From Ignavibacteria bacterium (lineage in GTDB: Bacteria; Bacteroidota; Ignavibacteria; UBA10030; UBA6906): a DNA stretch of 38,163 bases. This document shows, piece after piece, positions 17,839-26,436 of this stretch (position 1 is its first letter; every line of letters starts with the position of its first letter). The DNA lies in contig QKGJ01000134.1 of assembly GCA_003251275.1 (NCBI GenBank), positions 1 to 38,163 on the forward strand. Direction: 5' to 3'. Below the pieces are notes generated by a model, which ran no database searches, was not told where the DNA came from, and worked only from the letters and a program-made list of their open reading frames with translations. Made by a program: the position numbers and the translations under genes.

Positions 17839-20613
17839 TTGGTGCAAGAAGCGTCACCACTGCCTATACAATTTTTTCTCCGTTGGCACATTCGTGCATG
17901 GTTCGTCGCCGTTTTGCTTTCCCTAATACTACCCCTGACTTCGTCTGACAGCTTTTCTCAAACAACTGTTATCCAACCCCTTGTTGTTGATTCGCTGTAC
18001 GGCTTGCCGGGACTTAATCCCTCGAAGGTGTTGCGGCGGCCCAAAGTCGGTTTGGTGCTGAGTGGCGGCGGCGCCCGCGGAATGGCACAGATCGGTGTCT
18101 TGAAGGCACTCGAACGGCACAATATTCCTATTGACATGATCGCCGCGACGAGTCTTGGTGCTGTCGTGGGAGGACTTTACGCATCGGGTTACACCCCGGC
18201 TGAAATCGAGAGCATTGCGGTCACTACCAACTGGGATGATGTTCTTTCTCTTACAGAAGAAACACGCCGGACAGAGCTATTCATAGATCAGAAACGGGCG
18301 GAAGACAGAAGTTTCTTGCTACTTCGCTTCGATGGACTTCAGCCAGTTCTTCCCCCTGCCGTCTCCAGCGGCCAGCGTCTTACGGAGTTTTTGAGCACCT
18401 TGACATTGCAGGCTCTTTATCACCCGGACCCCAATTTTGATGCGCTTCGGATTCCATTTCGTGCGGTGAGCACCGATCTCATAAGTGGAAAGCGCGTTGT
18501 CCTCTTTTCGGGATCCATGGCCGAGGCATTGCGCGCCAGCGCCACGGTACCTCTTCTCTTTCATCCGGTTGAACGCGACGGCATGGAGCTGATCGATGGC
18601 GGTCTTCTTTCCAATATTCCGGTCGACGTAGTGCGCAACGCAGGATGCGATATTGTCATTGCCGTGAACTCGACCAGTTCGCTCCGCAACAAGGATGAAC
18701 TCTCCGCCCCGTGGCAAACTGCCGACCAAATTATGGGGATCATGATGCAGTTGCCGAACGAGATACAGCTCAACAATGCGGATATTGTTATCACGCCGGA
18801 TATCGGGCGGCATCTCTCTTCTGATTTTGGAAATATCGATTCTCTCATCGCACAAGGGGACAGCACAGCAGAAAGCCAGATAGCGAATCTACTGAGTCTT
18901 CTTCGGAGCCATGTTCCTTCTTCGCCGGATGATACTGTTCTCGTCAAAAACACAATCATGGTGGAGAAAGAGGGGGAGTCGATTTCAGACTCCGTTTGGA
19001 CTGATCTTCGACGGGAAATTGATTCTGCGAATGTGACGCATGGAGATCTTCGAAGGATGCTGCAGAAGCTGTACTCAATGGGAGATTACGAGACTGTTAT
19101 GGCCAATGTCTCTGTTGACTCGTCTTTGAGTCGGATCGTTATCAATGTGAAAGAGAACCCTCATGTAACGTCGTTTATCGTTAAAGGTGCACACGCTATA
19201 CCGACCGATGAGGTAACGGAGCAAATGTTCTCACTCTATGGGAAGCCTTTCAATTATCGCCGAGCTTCAACCGTAATGGAGGATCTGCTTCGTCTTTACC
19301 GTCAGCGTGGATACTCGCTCGCTCGCGTCGACACGCTGTCGTTCAGCGCAGAGACCGGGGACCTCCGAGTCGTCATCAATGAGGGGATCATTCATCGATT
19401 GGACGTGGAGGGCTTGACTCATACCTCTGAGGATTTTGTGCTTCACGACTTTCCCCTGGAGGTGGGAAGCCTCTTCCAAATTGACAAAGCACGAGAGGGA
19501 CTTACGAATATTGCCAGTACCGCCCTGTTCGAATACGTCTATGTGGAGGTGGGGTATGATGCCATGCAACCCGCGATTACGATTCGTTTGAAAGAACGGG
19601 CGCCCCGGTTAGTGCGCTTTGGTCTTCATGCGGATAATGAACGGAACCTGCAGGCATTAGTCGATCTCCGTGACGAAAACCTGAACGGCGCCGGGCTTGA
19701 ACTTGGCCTGACCTTTTCGGGCGGTTCGCGAAACAGGGAGGCTGCTTTGGAGTTCAAAGCCAACCGTATCTTCAACACCTATCTCACATTTAACATCGGC
19801 GGCTTTGTTTCGAGTTTTGACACATACACATTTGATGACGCTGATCCCTCCGATCAGCGGCGATTCGAACGGATCCGCACCGGAGAATACTCCGAAGTCC
19901 GCACGGGAGGCCGACTCGTATTTGGGACACAGTTAGAGCGTTTTGGAAATCTAACAGCTGAGTTTACTCTTCAGAACATACACATCAAGAATATCGATCA
20001 TCTCGAATCAATCGACGAGCGCTACCGACTTGCCATTGCCCGATTCGGGACGGTCATCGATAGCAAGAATTCCTATCCGTTCCCAACGGACGGGATCGGC
20101 ATGAAGCTTTCCTACGAATTTGCATTTCAAGAATTCGGTGGACAGGTCTCATACAATGCGCTCAACTTTTCATGGGAAGCATTTACCACGTTCGGTACGC
20201 GGCACACACTACACCCCCGGTTGACATTTGGTTTTGGCGACAAAACGATGCCTCTCTCTGAGCAATTCCGGCTTGGGGGACTTTCGTCCTTCTTCGGAAC
20301 AAATGAGGATGATCGCCGCGGCAGGCAACTCTTTCTCATAAACTTTGAGTACCGCTACCGACTTCCCTTCAACATTATTTTCGACACATACCTGAGCGCA
20401 CGGTATGATGCAGCTTCCATTTCGTTGGTACCAGAGGAGATAAAATTCAATACCCTCCGGCACGGTTTCGGGTTGCAACTCGGCTTGGATACGCCGCTTG
20501 GACTTGCGGCGTTTGCTGTCGGAAAGAGTTTCTATTTCGTTCGCGACTTACCTGAAAATCCCGTGAAGGAAGGACCTTTCGTGTTTTACTTCATGGTGGG
20601 TTATCAGTTGTAA
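17839..20613 (+). CDS. Patatin-like phospholipase fused to POTRA and Omp85/BamA barrel (PlpD / type Vd-like)
   Basis: LVLSGGGARG, ATSLG nucleophile elbow, DGG; POTRA signature LY.QRGY.LARV; barrel with FRLGG and C-terminal YFMVGYQL. Start codon uncertain. Confidence 0.88.
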   Translation: MVQEASPLPIQFFLRWHIRAWFVAVLLSLILPLTSSDSFSQTTVIQPLVVDSLYGLPGLNPSKVLRRPKVGLVLSGGGARGMAQIGVLKALERHNIPIDMIAATSLGAVVGGLYASGYTPAEIESIAVTTNWDDVLSLTEETRRTELFIDQKRAEDRSFLLLRFDGLQPVLPPAVSSGQRLTEFLSTLTLQALYHPDPNFDALRIPFRAVSTDLISGKRVVLFSGSMAEALRASATVPLLFHPVERDGMELIDGGLLSNIPVDVVRNAGCDIVIAVNSTSSLRNKDELSAPWQTADQIMGIMMQLPNEIQLNNADIVITPDIGRHLSSDFGNIDSLIAQGDSTAESQIANLLSLLRSHVPSSPDDTVLVKNTIMVEKEGESISDSVWTDLRREIDSANVTHGDLRRMLQKLYSMGDYETVMANVSVDSSLSRIVINVKENPHVTSFIVKGAHAIPTDEVTEQMFSLYGKPFNYRRASTVMEDLLRLYRQRGYSLARVDTLSFSAETGDLRVVINEGIIHRLDVEGLTHTSEDFVLHDFPLEVGSLFQIDKAREGLTNIASTALFEYVYVEVGYDAMQPAITIRLKERAPRLVRFGLHADNERNLQALVDLRDENLNGAGLELGLTFSGGSRNREAALEFKANRIFNTYLTFNIGGFVSSFDTYTFDDADPSDQRRFERIRTGEYSEVRTGGRLVFGTQLERFGNLTAEFTLQNIHIKNIDHLESIDERYRLAIARFGTVIDSKNSYPFPTDGIGMKLSYEFAFQEFGGQVSYNALNFSWEAFTTFGTRHTLHPRLTFGFGDKTMPLSEQFRLGGLSSFFGTNEDDRRGRQLFLINFEYRYRLPFNIIFDTYLSARYDAASISLVPEEIKFNTLRHGFGLQLGLDTPLGLAAFAVGKSFYFVRDLPENPVKEGPFVFYFMVGYQL

Positions 20614-20866
20614 TCCGTGCAGACGTTGAACCATCTACTCTCCTGACTCTGAACCTCAATAGGATTGCCTGACTGCGCCTGGATGGAATTTCGCTTTCTA
20701 CAAGCAGTCCGCTCCTACGCAGCGGCTGCCAGTATTCCGTATCAAGAATGTTGAGACCTTATTGTTCCTTCTTCATTCAAGCACGTATTGAAACAATGAA
20801 GAATAGTCAGTACCTTAGGTACGTCGTATCATTTCAATCGTCGTTTCTCAGAGAATTGGATTTCGC

Positions 20867-21130
20867 ATGACTACGAAACCACCTCCATCAGTCCGGAAGG
20901 ATCCTGATACCAGCCTTGAACGTATCGCTTACGGTAGCGTGGCAGGTATTCCCACGGTTGAACCACACGACCAGGACCGTCTTGGTTTCTGCGTATGGCG
21001 ATCCCTGCAACTAAGGCGCGATCCGCTTGACGTGGCGGTCCATTTTGCCGGCGCTCGCTTGCTTATCAGTGAGGAAGAAGCCTTAACAAAAATACGTGCC
21101 CACCTGAAAACCCACGGGATTACCGCATAA
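20867..21130 (+). CDS. Hypothetical protein (87 aa)
   Basis: ATG start, protein-like composition, stop 6 nt before marC on the same strand. Confidence 0.65.
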   Translation: MTTKPPPSVRKDPDTSLERIAYGSVAGIPTVEPHDQDRLGFCVWRSLQLRRDPLDVAVHFAGARLLISEEEALTKIRAHLKTHGITA

Positions 21131-21136
21131 GGCGGC

Positions 21137-21718
21137 ATGGAGACCCTCCTCCTCGCGTTCATTCCTCTCTTTGTTGCGATTGATGTGTTCGGAGTTCTTC
21201 CCCTCTTCGTCGGTCTTACAGATCACCTCAGCGATCAGCAACACAGAGTACTGACGATCGAAGCAACGCTTACTGCGCTGACGATCTCGATCCTTTTTCT
21301 TGGACTGGGAGATCTTTTGTTCACCTTTCTTGGCATCACGGAAAATGACTTCCGTGTTGGCGGCGGGATTGTCTTGCTGGTTCTGGCAGTACAGGATTTG
21401 CTGTTTGCACGGGAGAGAAGAGGCGATGCAAAGGAACCGGTGGGTATCGTTCCCATAGGAATCCCGCTTATCATGGGACCTGCCGCCCTCACAACAATCA
21501 TTATCGTTAAAAATGAATATGGTTACGGATGGACGATTGCTTCATTGACAATCAATATGCTAATCGTCCTGATTGTCTTCCTTCAGGCGAAACGCATCAG
21601 CAGGGCGATGGGAAAAGCCGGCTCGCAGGCTGTCGCAAAGGTTGCCGCATTATTCCTAACCGGGATTGCCGTTTTCATGATCAGAAGCGGGATTGAGGGA
21701 ATGCTGCGACATAATTAG
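21137..21718 (+). CDS. MarC family membrane protein
   Basis: LFVAIDVFG..P.F, FRVGGGIVL, IVPIGIPLIMGPAALTT; six TM helices. Confidence 0.93.
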   Translation: METLLLAFIPLFVAIDVFGVLPLFVGLTDHLSDQQHRVLTIEATLTALTISILFLGLGDLLFTFLGITENDFRVGGGIVLLVLAVQDLLFARERRGDAKEPVGIVPIGIPLIMGPAALTTIIIVKNEYGYGWTIASLTINMLIVLIVFLQAKRISRAMGKAGSQAVAKVAALFLTGIAVFMIRSGIEGMLRHN

Positions 21719-22632
21719 ATCGCTTTCCTGAATTCCTCCGCCACCCCGAATCCCCACTCGTCTTTCAACACTGACCCACACTCAAGCAGGAATGGAAATA
21801 CAGCAGTTGTGGCAGGAGGAAGAGGTATTTGCTTGCCCTCCTGGACATGGGAGATGATTTGAAGTGCGTTTGCAACACCTTTTCCTTCCGGTGTGTTGTT
21901 GCAGATGACAATCACTTTCTCCACATCCCTTGCGAGAAGCTGAATACGACGGATGATTTCTCGCAGCTCTCGGACATTGTACAAGTAGGAATACCGGCTA
22001 TCCATCTCATTCGTTAGCCACCCCTTTTCGTTTCTTCCATGAAGCCGGACATACACAATATCACCAACCTGTCGCGTGAGACTCGGGATGAAATGGCTGA
22101 TGCGTGGTAAATCAGAGCTGACTGATCGAAGCTGGCAATCCTCCAGAAGGCGAACAATCGTGGATTGATCCCACGAGTCATGACGGAACTCTACGTGGAC
22201 GGGGAATCCGCGAAATAGCTCAGCGAGCTTTGTTAGATATTGCCGGTGACTGCTGGTGTTTGTGAACGCATACGGAAACTGCGCAAGAATTCCACCGAGC
22301 TTGTTCGACTGGAAGAATTCCTGCGCCACTTTACGGATCTTCCTCGCCCGGGTCGTGTTTAGATCCTTTCTGTGCGTCAAAGAGGAATGGAGCTTGAAAG
22401 TGAATTGAAACCGACCGTTCTGCTCCACTGCGGCAACCCATTGCCTTGCCTCTGCTTCGTTGATATCTTCATCCCAGAAGGTTGATCGTATCTCAGTTGC
22501 ATCAAAGAAGCGGGAATAGTAGCAAAGCTTTTCAATCGCATCAGCCTCCCCCATTTGATACAATGCCGCGTCAAACCCTTCGTGTTCCCATCCGCTCGTC
22601 CCAACAAACCAATTAGGTGATTTCGTCTTCAT
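21715..22632 (-). CDS. DUF72 (YecE-like) TIM-barrel protein
   Basis: VGTSGW, E.RSTF, LAQFP..F, VEFRH.SW, YVRLHGRN, Y.YLY, NN; GGAGG SD. Confidence 0.9.
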   Translation of the reverse strand: MKTKSPNWFVGTSGWEHEGFDAALYQMGEADAIEKLCYYSRFFDATEIRSTFWDEDINEAEARQWVAAVEQNGRFQFTFKLHSSLTHRKDLNTTRARKIRKVAQEFFQSNKLGGILAQFPYAFTNTSSHRQYLTKLAELFRGFPVHVEFRHDSWDQSTIVRLLEDCQLRSVSSDLPRISHFIPSLTRQVGDIVYVRLHGRNEKGWLTNEMDSRYSYLYNVRELREIIRRIQLLARDVEKVIVICNNTPEGKGVANALQIISHVQEGKQIPLPPATTAVFPFLLECGSVLKDEWGFGVAEEFRKAI

Positions 22633-22652
22633 GCAACCTCCCGAGAAAATGC

Positions 22653-22681
22653 TTGACAGAGTTGATTCAATTCCTTATCTT
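22653..22681 (+). promoter_or_regulatory. sigma70 promoter for the XRE-S24 repressor
   Basis: TTGACA 22653-58, 17-nt spacer, TATCTT 22676-81. Confidence 0.75.
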
Positions 22682-22689
22682 GCGCCGTC

Positions 22690-22718
22690 AAGATACGACA
22701 TAATTGTCGTCTTGTCAA
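22690..22718 (-). promoter_or_regulatory. sigma70 promoter for DUF72
   Basis: Minus strand TTGACA (22718-13), 17-nt spacer, TATCTT (22695-90). Confidence 0.75.
22695..22710. promoter_or_regulatory. Operator O1, palindrome ACGACA-TAAT-TGTCGT
   Basis: Perfect 6-bp inverted repeat filling the spacer of the DUF72 promoter. Confidence 0.7.
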
Positions 22719-22727
22719 GACCTTCTG

Positions 22728-22741
22728 CGACAAATGTGTCT
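22728..22741. promoter_or_regulatory. Operator O2, CGACA-AATG-TGTCT
   Basis: Second GACA-N4-TGTC copy, centred 32 bp from O1, just upstream of the repressor start. Confidence 0.6.
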
Positions 22742-22761
22742 TTCACTTTTACGGGGTGATC

Positions 22762-23412
22762 ATGAAATCTACCATAGGCGACCGTCTACGCGAAGCACGC
22801 GAGAACAAAGAATTGGACCAGTCCTCCCTTGCCGACAAGATCGGTGTTGCAACCCGGACAGTTCAGCGATGGGAAAAGGGGGAGCAGGTTCCCCATGGAG
22901 TTGCGATCAACAAGATCGCAAAGGCCACCAACGCCTCTCCTGCATGGCTTTTGACGGGATCCGGCCAAATGTATGAAGCCCCTTCGCGACCGAATAATGT
23001 GTACCCGCTGACCACATCATTTCGTCGCAAGATCAAGCTTGCAGACATTCCCCTCCTCTCCTCTGTCCCGGCGGGGAAGCTCGCGACGATTTTCCATTCC
23101 GATTATGCGGAGAGCTATGTTACCGTCGATGATGTCAAGGATCCGCAGGCCTTTGCGCTGAAGGTCAAAGGAAACAGCATGTCCCCGCGAATCGAGGATG
23201 GAGATATTGTAATTGTCAGTCCGCATGGAGAAGCCCGGAGCGGAGACATCTGCGTCGTCCGGGTGAACGATGAGGATACTCTGAAGAAGGTCAAGTTTGA
23301 GGGGAGTTATATCCACCTTATTCCTTTAAACCCGGAATTCGATCCAGTGACCGTAAAGAAAAAAGATGTGAATTTTGCCTGGAAAGTCGTTAAGCTGATA
23401 AAGGAATTATAG
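22762..23412 (+). CDS. XRE-family HTH + S24 peptidase repressor (CI/LexA-like, autocleavable)
   Basis: IGDRLREAR...LADKIGVATRTVQRWEKG HTH; VPAG cleavage site; VKGNSM catalytic Ser; DTLKK catalytic Lys; L.PLNP.F. ATG 22762 preferred over GTG 22756. Confidence 0.93.
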   Translation: MKSTIGDRLREARENKELDQSSLADKIGVATRTVQRWEKGEQVPHGVAINKIAKATNASPAWLLTGSGQMYEAPSRPNNVYPLTTSFRRKIKLADIPLLSSVPAGKLATIFHSDYAESYVTVDDVKDPQAFALKVKGNSMSPRIEDGDIVIVSPHGEARSGDICVVRVNDEDTLKKVKFEGSYIHLIPLNPEFDPVTVKKKDVNFAWKVVKLIKEL

Positions 23413-23434
23413 CCCTTTCAGTTCGCATCTTCGC

Positions 23435-25057
23435 ATGAACCGATCTTCATCCAAGACTCTTGAATTGTTCGAGCCGTCCGACCTTCTTACACTCCGTGAG
23501 GCAAGCGACTGGGCATCGTCGTTCCTCCAGCGGAGCGTCTCAACATCCAACATCAGCTATCTCATCCAGTATGGAAGAGTATCGAGACATCGCGTTGCAG
23601 GCAGGACGAAAATCTCACAACGGGATTTGCAGAGATACTACGAAGGGCAGCACCTTCGACGAAAAGAATCGTGGAAGGATCAACTTGGAGATGATCTGAA
23701 CTGGCATCTGTCCTTCGAACATTTGCGGGAGATTCACACCACAAAGCATGTCCACCGTCTCCATCCATACAAGGGGAAATTCATCCCTCAACTTGTTGAG
23801 TATTTTTTGGACTCCCATACAGACGAGTTTAAGGAGGAAGCGATTTTCAAACCTGGGGACATCGTCCTCGATCCGTTCTGTGGGAGCGGGACGACCTTGG
23901 TTCAGGCAAACGAACTCGGACTTCACGCGATTGGCATTGATGTTTCGGCATTCAACACACTGCTCTCGAATGTGAAGGTCCATCGTTGCGAACTGCAATC
24001 GCTGGATCGGCACGTCCGGTCAATTACCGATTCATTGGAGAATTCAGCCGAGCATAAATCTATCAAAGTATTCGAGCAGGCTCTCCTGGGAGAGTTGTCC
24101 CGATTCAACGCGAAACACTTTCCAACGCCTGAGTTCAAGCAGAAAGTGCATCGCAAAGAGATTCCCGAAAAGGAGTTTGGTCAACGGAAGGCCGAGGAGT
24201 TTCTGCCGACCTATCACGAACTTCTTCGAAAACATAGCAGATACCTGAGTACGTCGGCGGCTGAGGGCTTTCTCGAGAGTTGGTATATCCCGAGTATTCT
24301 CACTGAAATCAAAAGAGCTTCAGAGGGGATTGCTTCGGTGAATGATCGATCTCTTCGAAATGTTCTTTTCCTGTTTTTGAGCAGAACAATTCGGTCGGCA
24401 CGTGCGACGACACATTCCGATCTCGCCACTCTTCATGAGCCACAAACTTCAACGTACTACTGCTCAAAACATAAGAAGATCTGCAAACCACTCTTTTCCA
24501 TCGTTGAAATGTGGAAGAAGTATTCTGCAGATGGCATGCAGCGCCTCGCAGCATTTAAGGAACTGCGGACGGACACCGAACAATTGTGTATTACTGCAGA
24601 CTCTCGGTCGGTTGATCTCCCATCAAATATTGACAGCAAGAATCCTCTGCTTGGCCGTCTGCTACGGGAGAAACAGATCCGGGGAATCTTCTCGAGTCCC
24701 CCCTACGTTGGTCTGATCGATTATCACGAGCAACATGCGTATGCGTATGAACTACTGGGATTGGAGCGAACGGATGATCTGGAGATTGGGGCAATGTCAA
24801 AAGGACACGGGCTCGATGCCCGCTCGTCATACGTTGAGGATATTGCTGCCGTCTTGCGTAACTCTCGCCAATGGGTGCGGAAGGGGTTCGATGTGTTCCT
24901 CGTCGCGAATGACAAGCATGGCCTCTACCCTGCGATCGCCGAAAAAGCCGGAATGACCATCGTGAAGTCGTTCAAGCGCCCCGTTTTGAATCGTGCAGAA
25001 GACAAGGGTGCGTACGCAGAGACGATATTCCATTTGCGCACAGCGACGGGAAATTAG
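23435..25057 (+). CDS. Amino-DNA methyltransferase, probably N4-cytosine, with N-terminal HTH-like domain
   Basis: HRLHPYKGKFIPQLV, motif I LDPFCGSGTT preceding motif IV SSPPY; N-terminal LLTLREAS.WAS...SNISYLIQYGRV. Confidence 0.88.
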   Translation: MNRSSSKTLELFEPSDLLTLREASDWASSFLQRSVSTSNISYLIQYGRVSRHRVAGRTKISQRDLQRYYEGQHLRRKESWKDQLGDDLNWHLSFEHLREIHTTKHVHRLHPYKGKFIPQLVEYFLDSHTDEFKEEAIFKPGDIVLDPFCGSGTTLVQANELGLHAIGIDVSAFNTLLSNVKVHRCELQSLDRHVRSITDSLENSAEHKSIKVFEQALLGELSRFNAKHFPTPEFKQKVHRKEIPEKEFGQRKAEEFLPTYHELLRKHSRYLSTSAAEGFLESWYIPSILTEIKRASEGIASVNDRSLRNVLFLFLSRTIRSARATTHSDLATLHEPQTSTYYCSKHKKICKPLFSIVEMWKKYSADGMQRLAAFKELRTDTEQLCITADSRSVDLPSNIDSKNPLLGRLLREKQIRGIFSSPPYVGLIDYHEQHAYAYELLGLERTDDLEIGAMSKGHGLDARSSYVEDIAAVLRNSRQWVRKGFDVFLVANDKHGLYPAIAEKAGMTIVKSFKRPVLNRAEDKGAYAETIFHLRTATGN

Positions 25058-26292
25058 TCCAGGAAGTGAATCACCACACCGTCGCGGAGCTTGGGCTCGA
25101 ACCAGGTCGATTTGGGCGGCATGATTTTCTCCGCATCGGCAACTGAGAGTAGTTCCTCAACAGATGTCGGGCAGAGAGAAAACGCAACTGTTGCCTTCCC
25201 CGCATCAACTCTCCTTTTCAATTCGTCTACGCCGCGAATACCGCCCACAAAATCAATGCGCGGATCTGTCCTCACGTCCTGAACATCAAACACCGGCTTC
25301 AACACAAACTCCTGCAACACGCTCACGTCAAGCCGCTGAATGACATCTGCGGGGACTTTCGCCTCTTTCAGACGAAGCGTATACCATTGTTCCTTCATAT
25401 ACAACCCGAAGGTATGTTTCTCAATCGGCCTCACATTATCCGTCGAAGTTGCAATATGAAATGTTGTTTCCAGTTCCTGAAGAAGAGCCGCAGGGTTCTT
25501 GCCACGATCGTCCTTTAACGTCCGGTTGTAATCCAGGATCCTGACTTGCGTGTGGGGAAAAAGAACCGCAAGGAAAAAATTATATTCTTCCTCTCCCGTG
25601 TGCGAAGGATTGGCTGCCGCGCGTTCACGGCATGCACGCGCGGCAGCAGCAGCGCGGTGATGACCGTCGGCAACGTACAGCCGCGGGACTACTGAAAATT
25701 CCTGCTTCAACTTTGTAATCAGGTCATGACTCTCGATTACCCAGAACAGATGACGCACCCCGTCATCCGGAGTGAAATCATATTCGGGGGATTCTTTCCG
25801 AATACTGGCGACGAGCGCATTAACGTCAGGATTCTCGCGATACGTGAGGAAGATCGGCCCTGTTTGAGCGTTCGTGGCAATGATGTGCTTCGTCCGGTCA
25901 TCCTCCTTGTCGGGGCGGGTCAACTCGTGTTTGCGGATGGTGCCATCATCATACTCCTCCACTGAAACACAGCAGACAATTCCATCCTGACTGTGTCCAT
26001 CCTTGGAGAGACTGTACAGATAGAGGAACGGATGCGGATCCTGCTTCAGGATCCCTTCATTCAAGAATCGGCCAATGTTCTCCTTTGCCTTTTCATAAAC
26101 TTCCGGGCCATGGATATCTATTTCGGTGTCCAGGTCTATCTCGGGTTTTCCAATCCGCAAGAACGAAAAAGGTTCGCCGGCTGCTTCCAGGCGGGCTTCG
26201 TCCGATGTCAGCACATCATATGGCTTTGACGCCACACGAGACGCATATTCCGGCAGTGGTCTGTATCCCCGAAAAGGTCGTATAGTAGCCAT
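25054..26292 (-). CDS. DUF1015 family protein
   Basis: MATIRPFRG, PYDV, IRKHELT, YVADGHHR, MPPKSTWFEPKLRDG; ATG 26292. Confidence 0.92.
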   Translation of the reverse strand: MATIRPFRGYRPLPEYASRVASKPYDVLTSDEARLEAAGEPFSFLRIGKPEIDLDTEIDIHGPEVYEKAKENIGRFLNEGILKQDPHPFLYLYSLSKDGHSQDGIVCCVSVEEYDDGTIRKHELTRPDKEDDRTKHIIATNAQTGPIFLTYRENPDVNALVASIRKESPEYDFTPDDGVRHLFWVIESHDLITKLKQEFSVVPRLYVADGHHRAAAAARACRERAAANPSHTGEEEYNFFLAVLFPHTQVRILDYNRTLKDDRGKNPAALLQELETTFHIATSTDNVRPIEKHTFGLYMKEQWYTLRLKEAKVPADVIQRLDVSVLQEFVLKPVFDVQDVRTDPRIDFVGGIRGVDELKRRVDAGKATVAFSLCPTSVEELLSVADAEKIMPPKSTWFEPKLRDGVVIHFLD

Positions 26293-26308
26293 CGATATTA
26301 GCACCTTG

Positions 26309-26333
26309 ATATTGTCAACAGAACTGACAATAT
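26309..26333. repeat. Perfect 9-bp inverted repeat ATATTGTCA-N7-TGACAATAT
   Basis: Read directly; lies between the divergent DUF1015 and T9SS PLD genes. Confidence 0.6.
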
Positions 26334-26436
26334 AGAAATAATCTCAAAACGATGCGGAGGATAATGACCTTGTATCTCCCCGTCCAAACATCTATCTTTA
26401 ATTCACCTCCCCGACTCATCAACATCTGGAAAACAA

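Noticed and set aside
21713-25057. AATTAG direct repeat at both ends of the DUF72-repressor-MTase module as a target-site duplication
   Set aside because: TTAG arises automatically from overlapping convergent TAG/TAA stops; no integrase, transposase or terminal repeats.
22762-25057. Prophage remnant (CI + methylase)
   Set aside because: No cro, integrase, replication or structural genes; the divergent gene is DUF72 and the flanks are housekeeping. Phage ancestry of the repressor is still possible.
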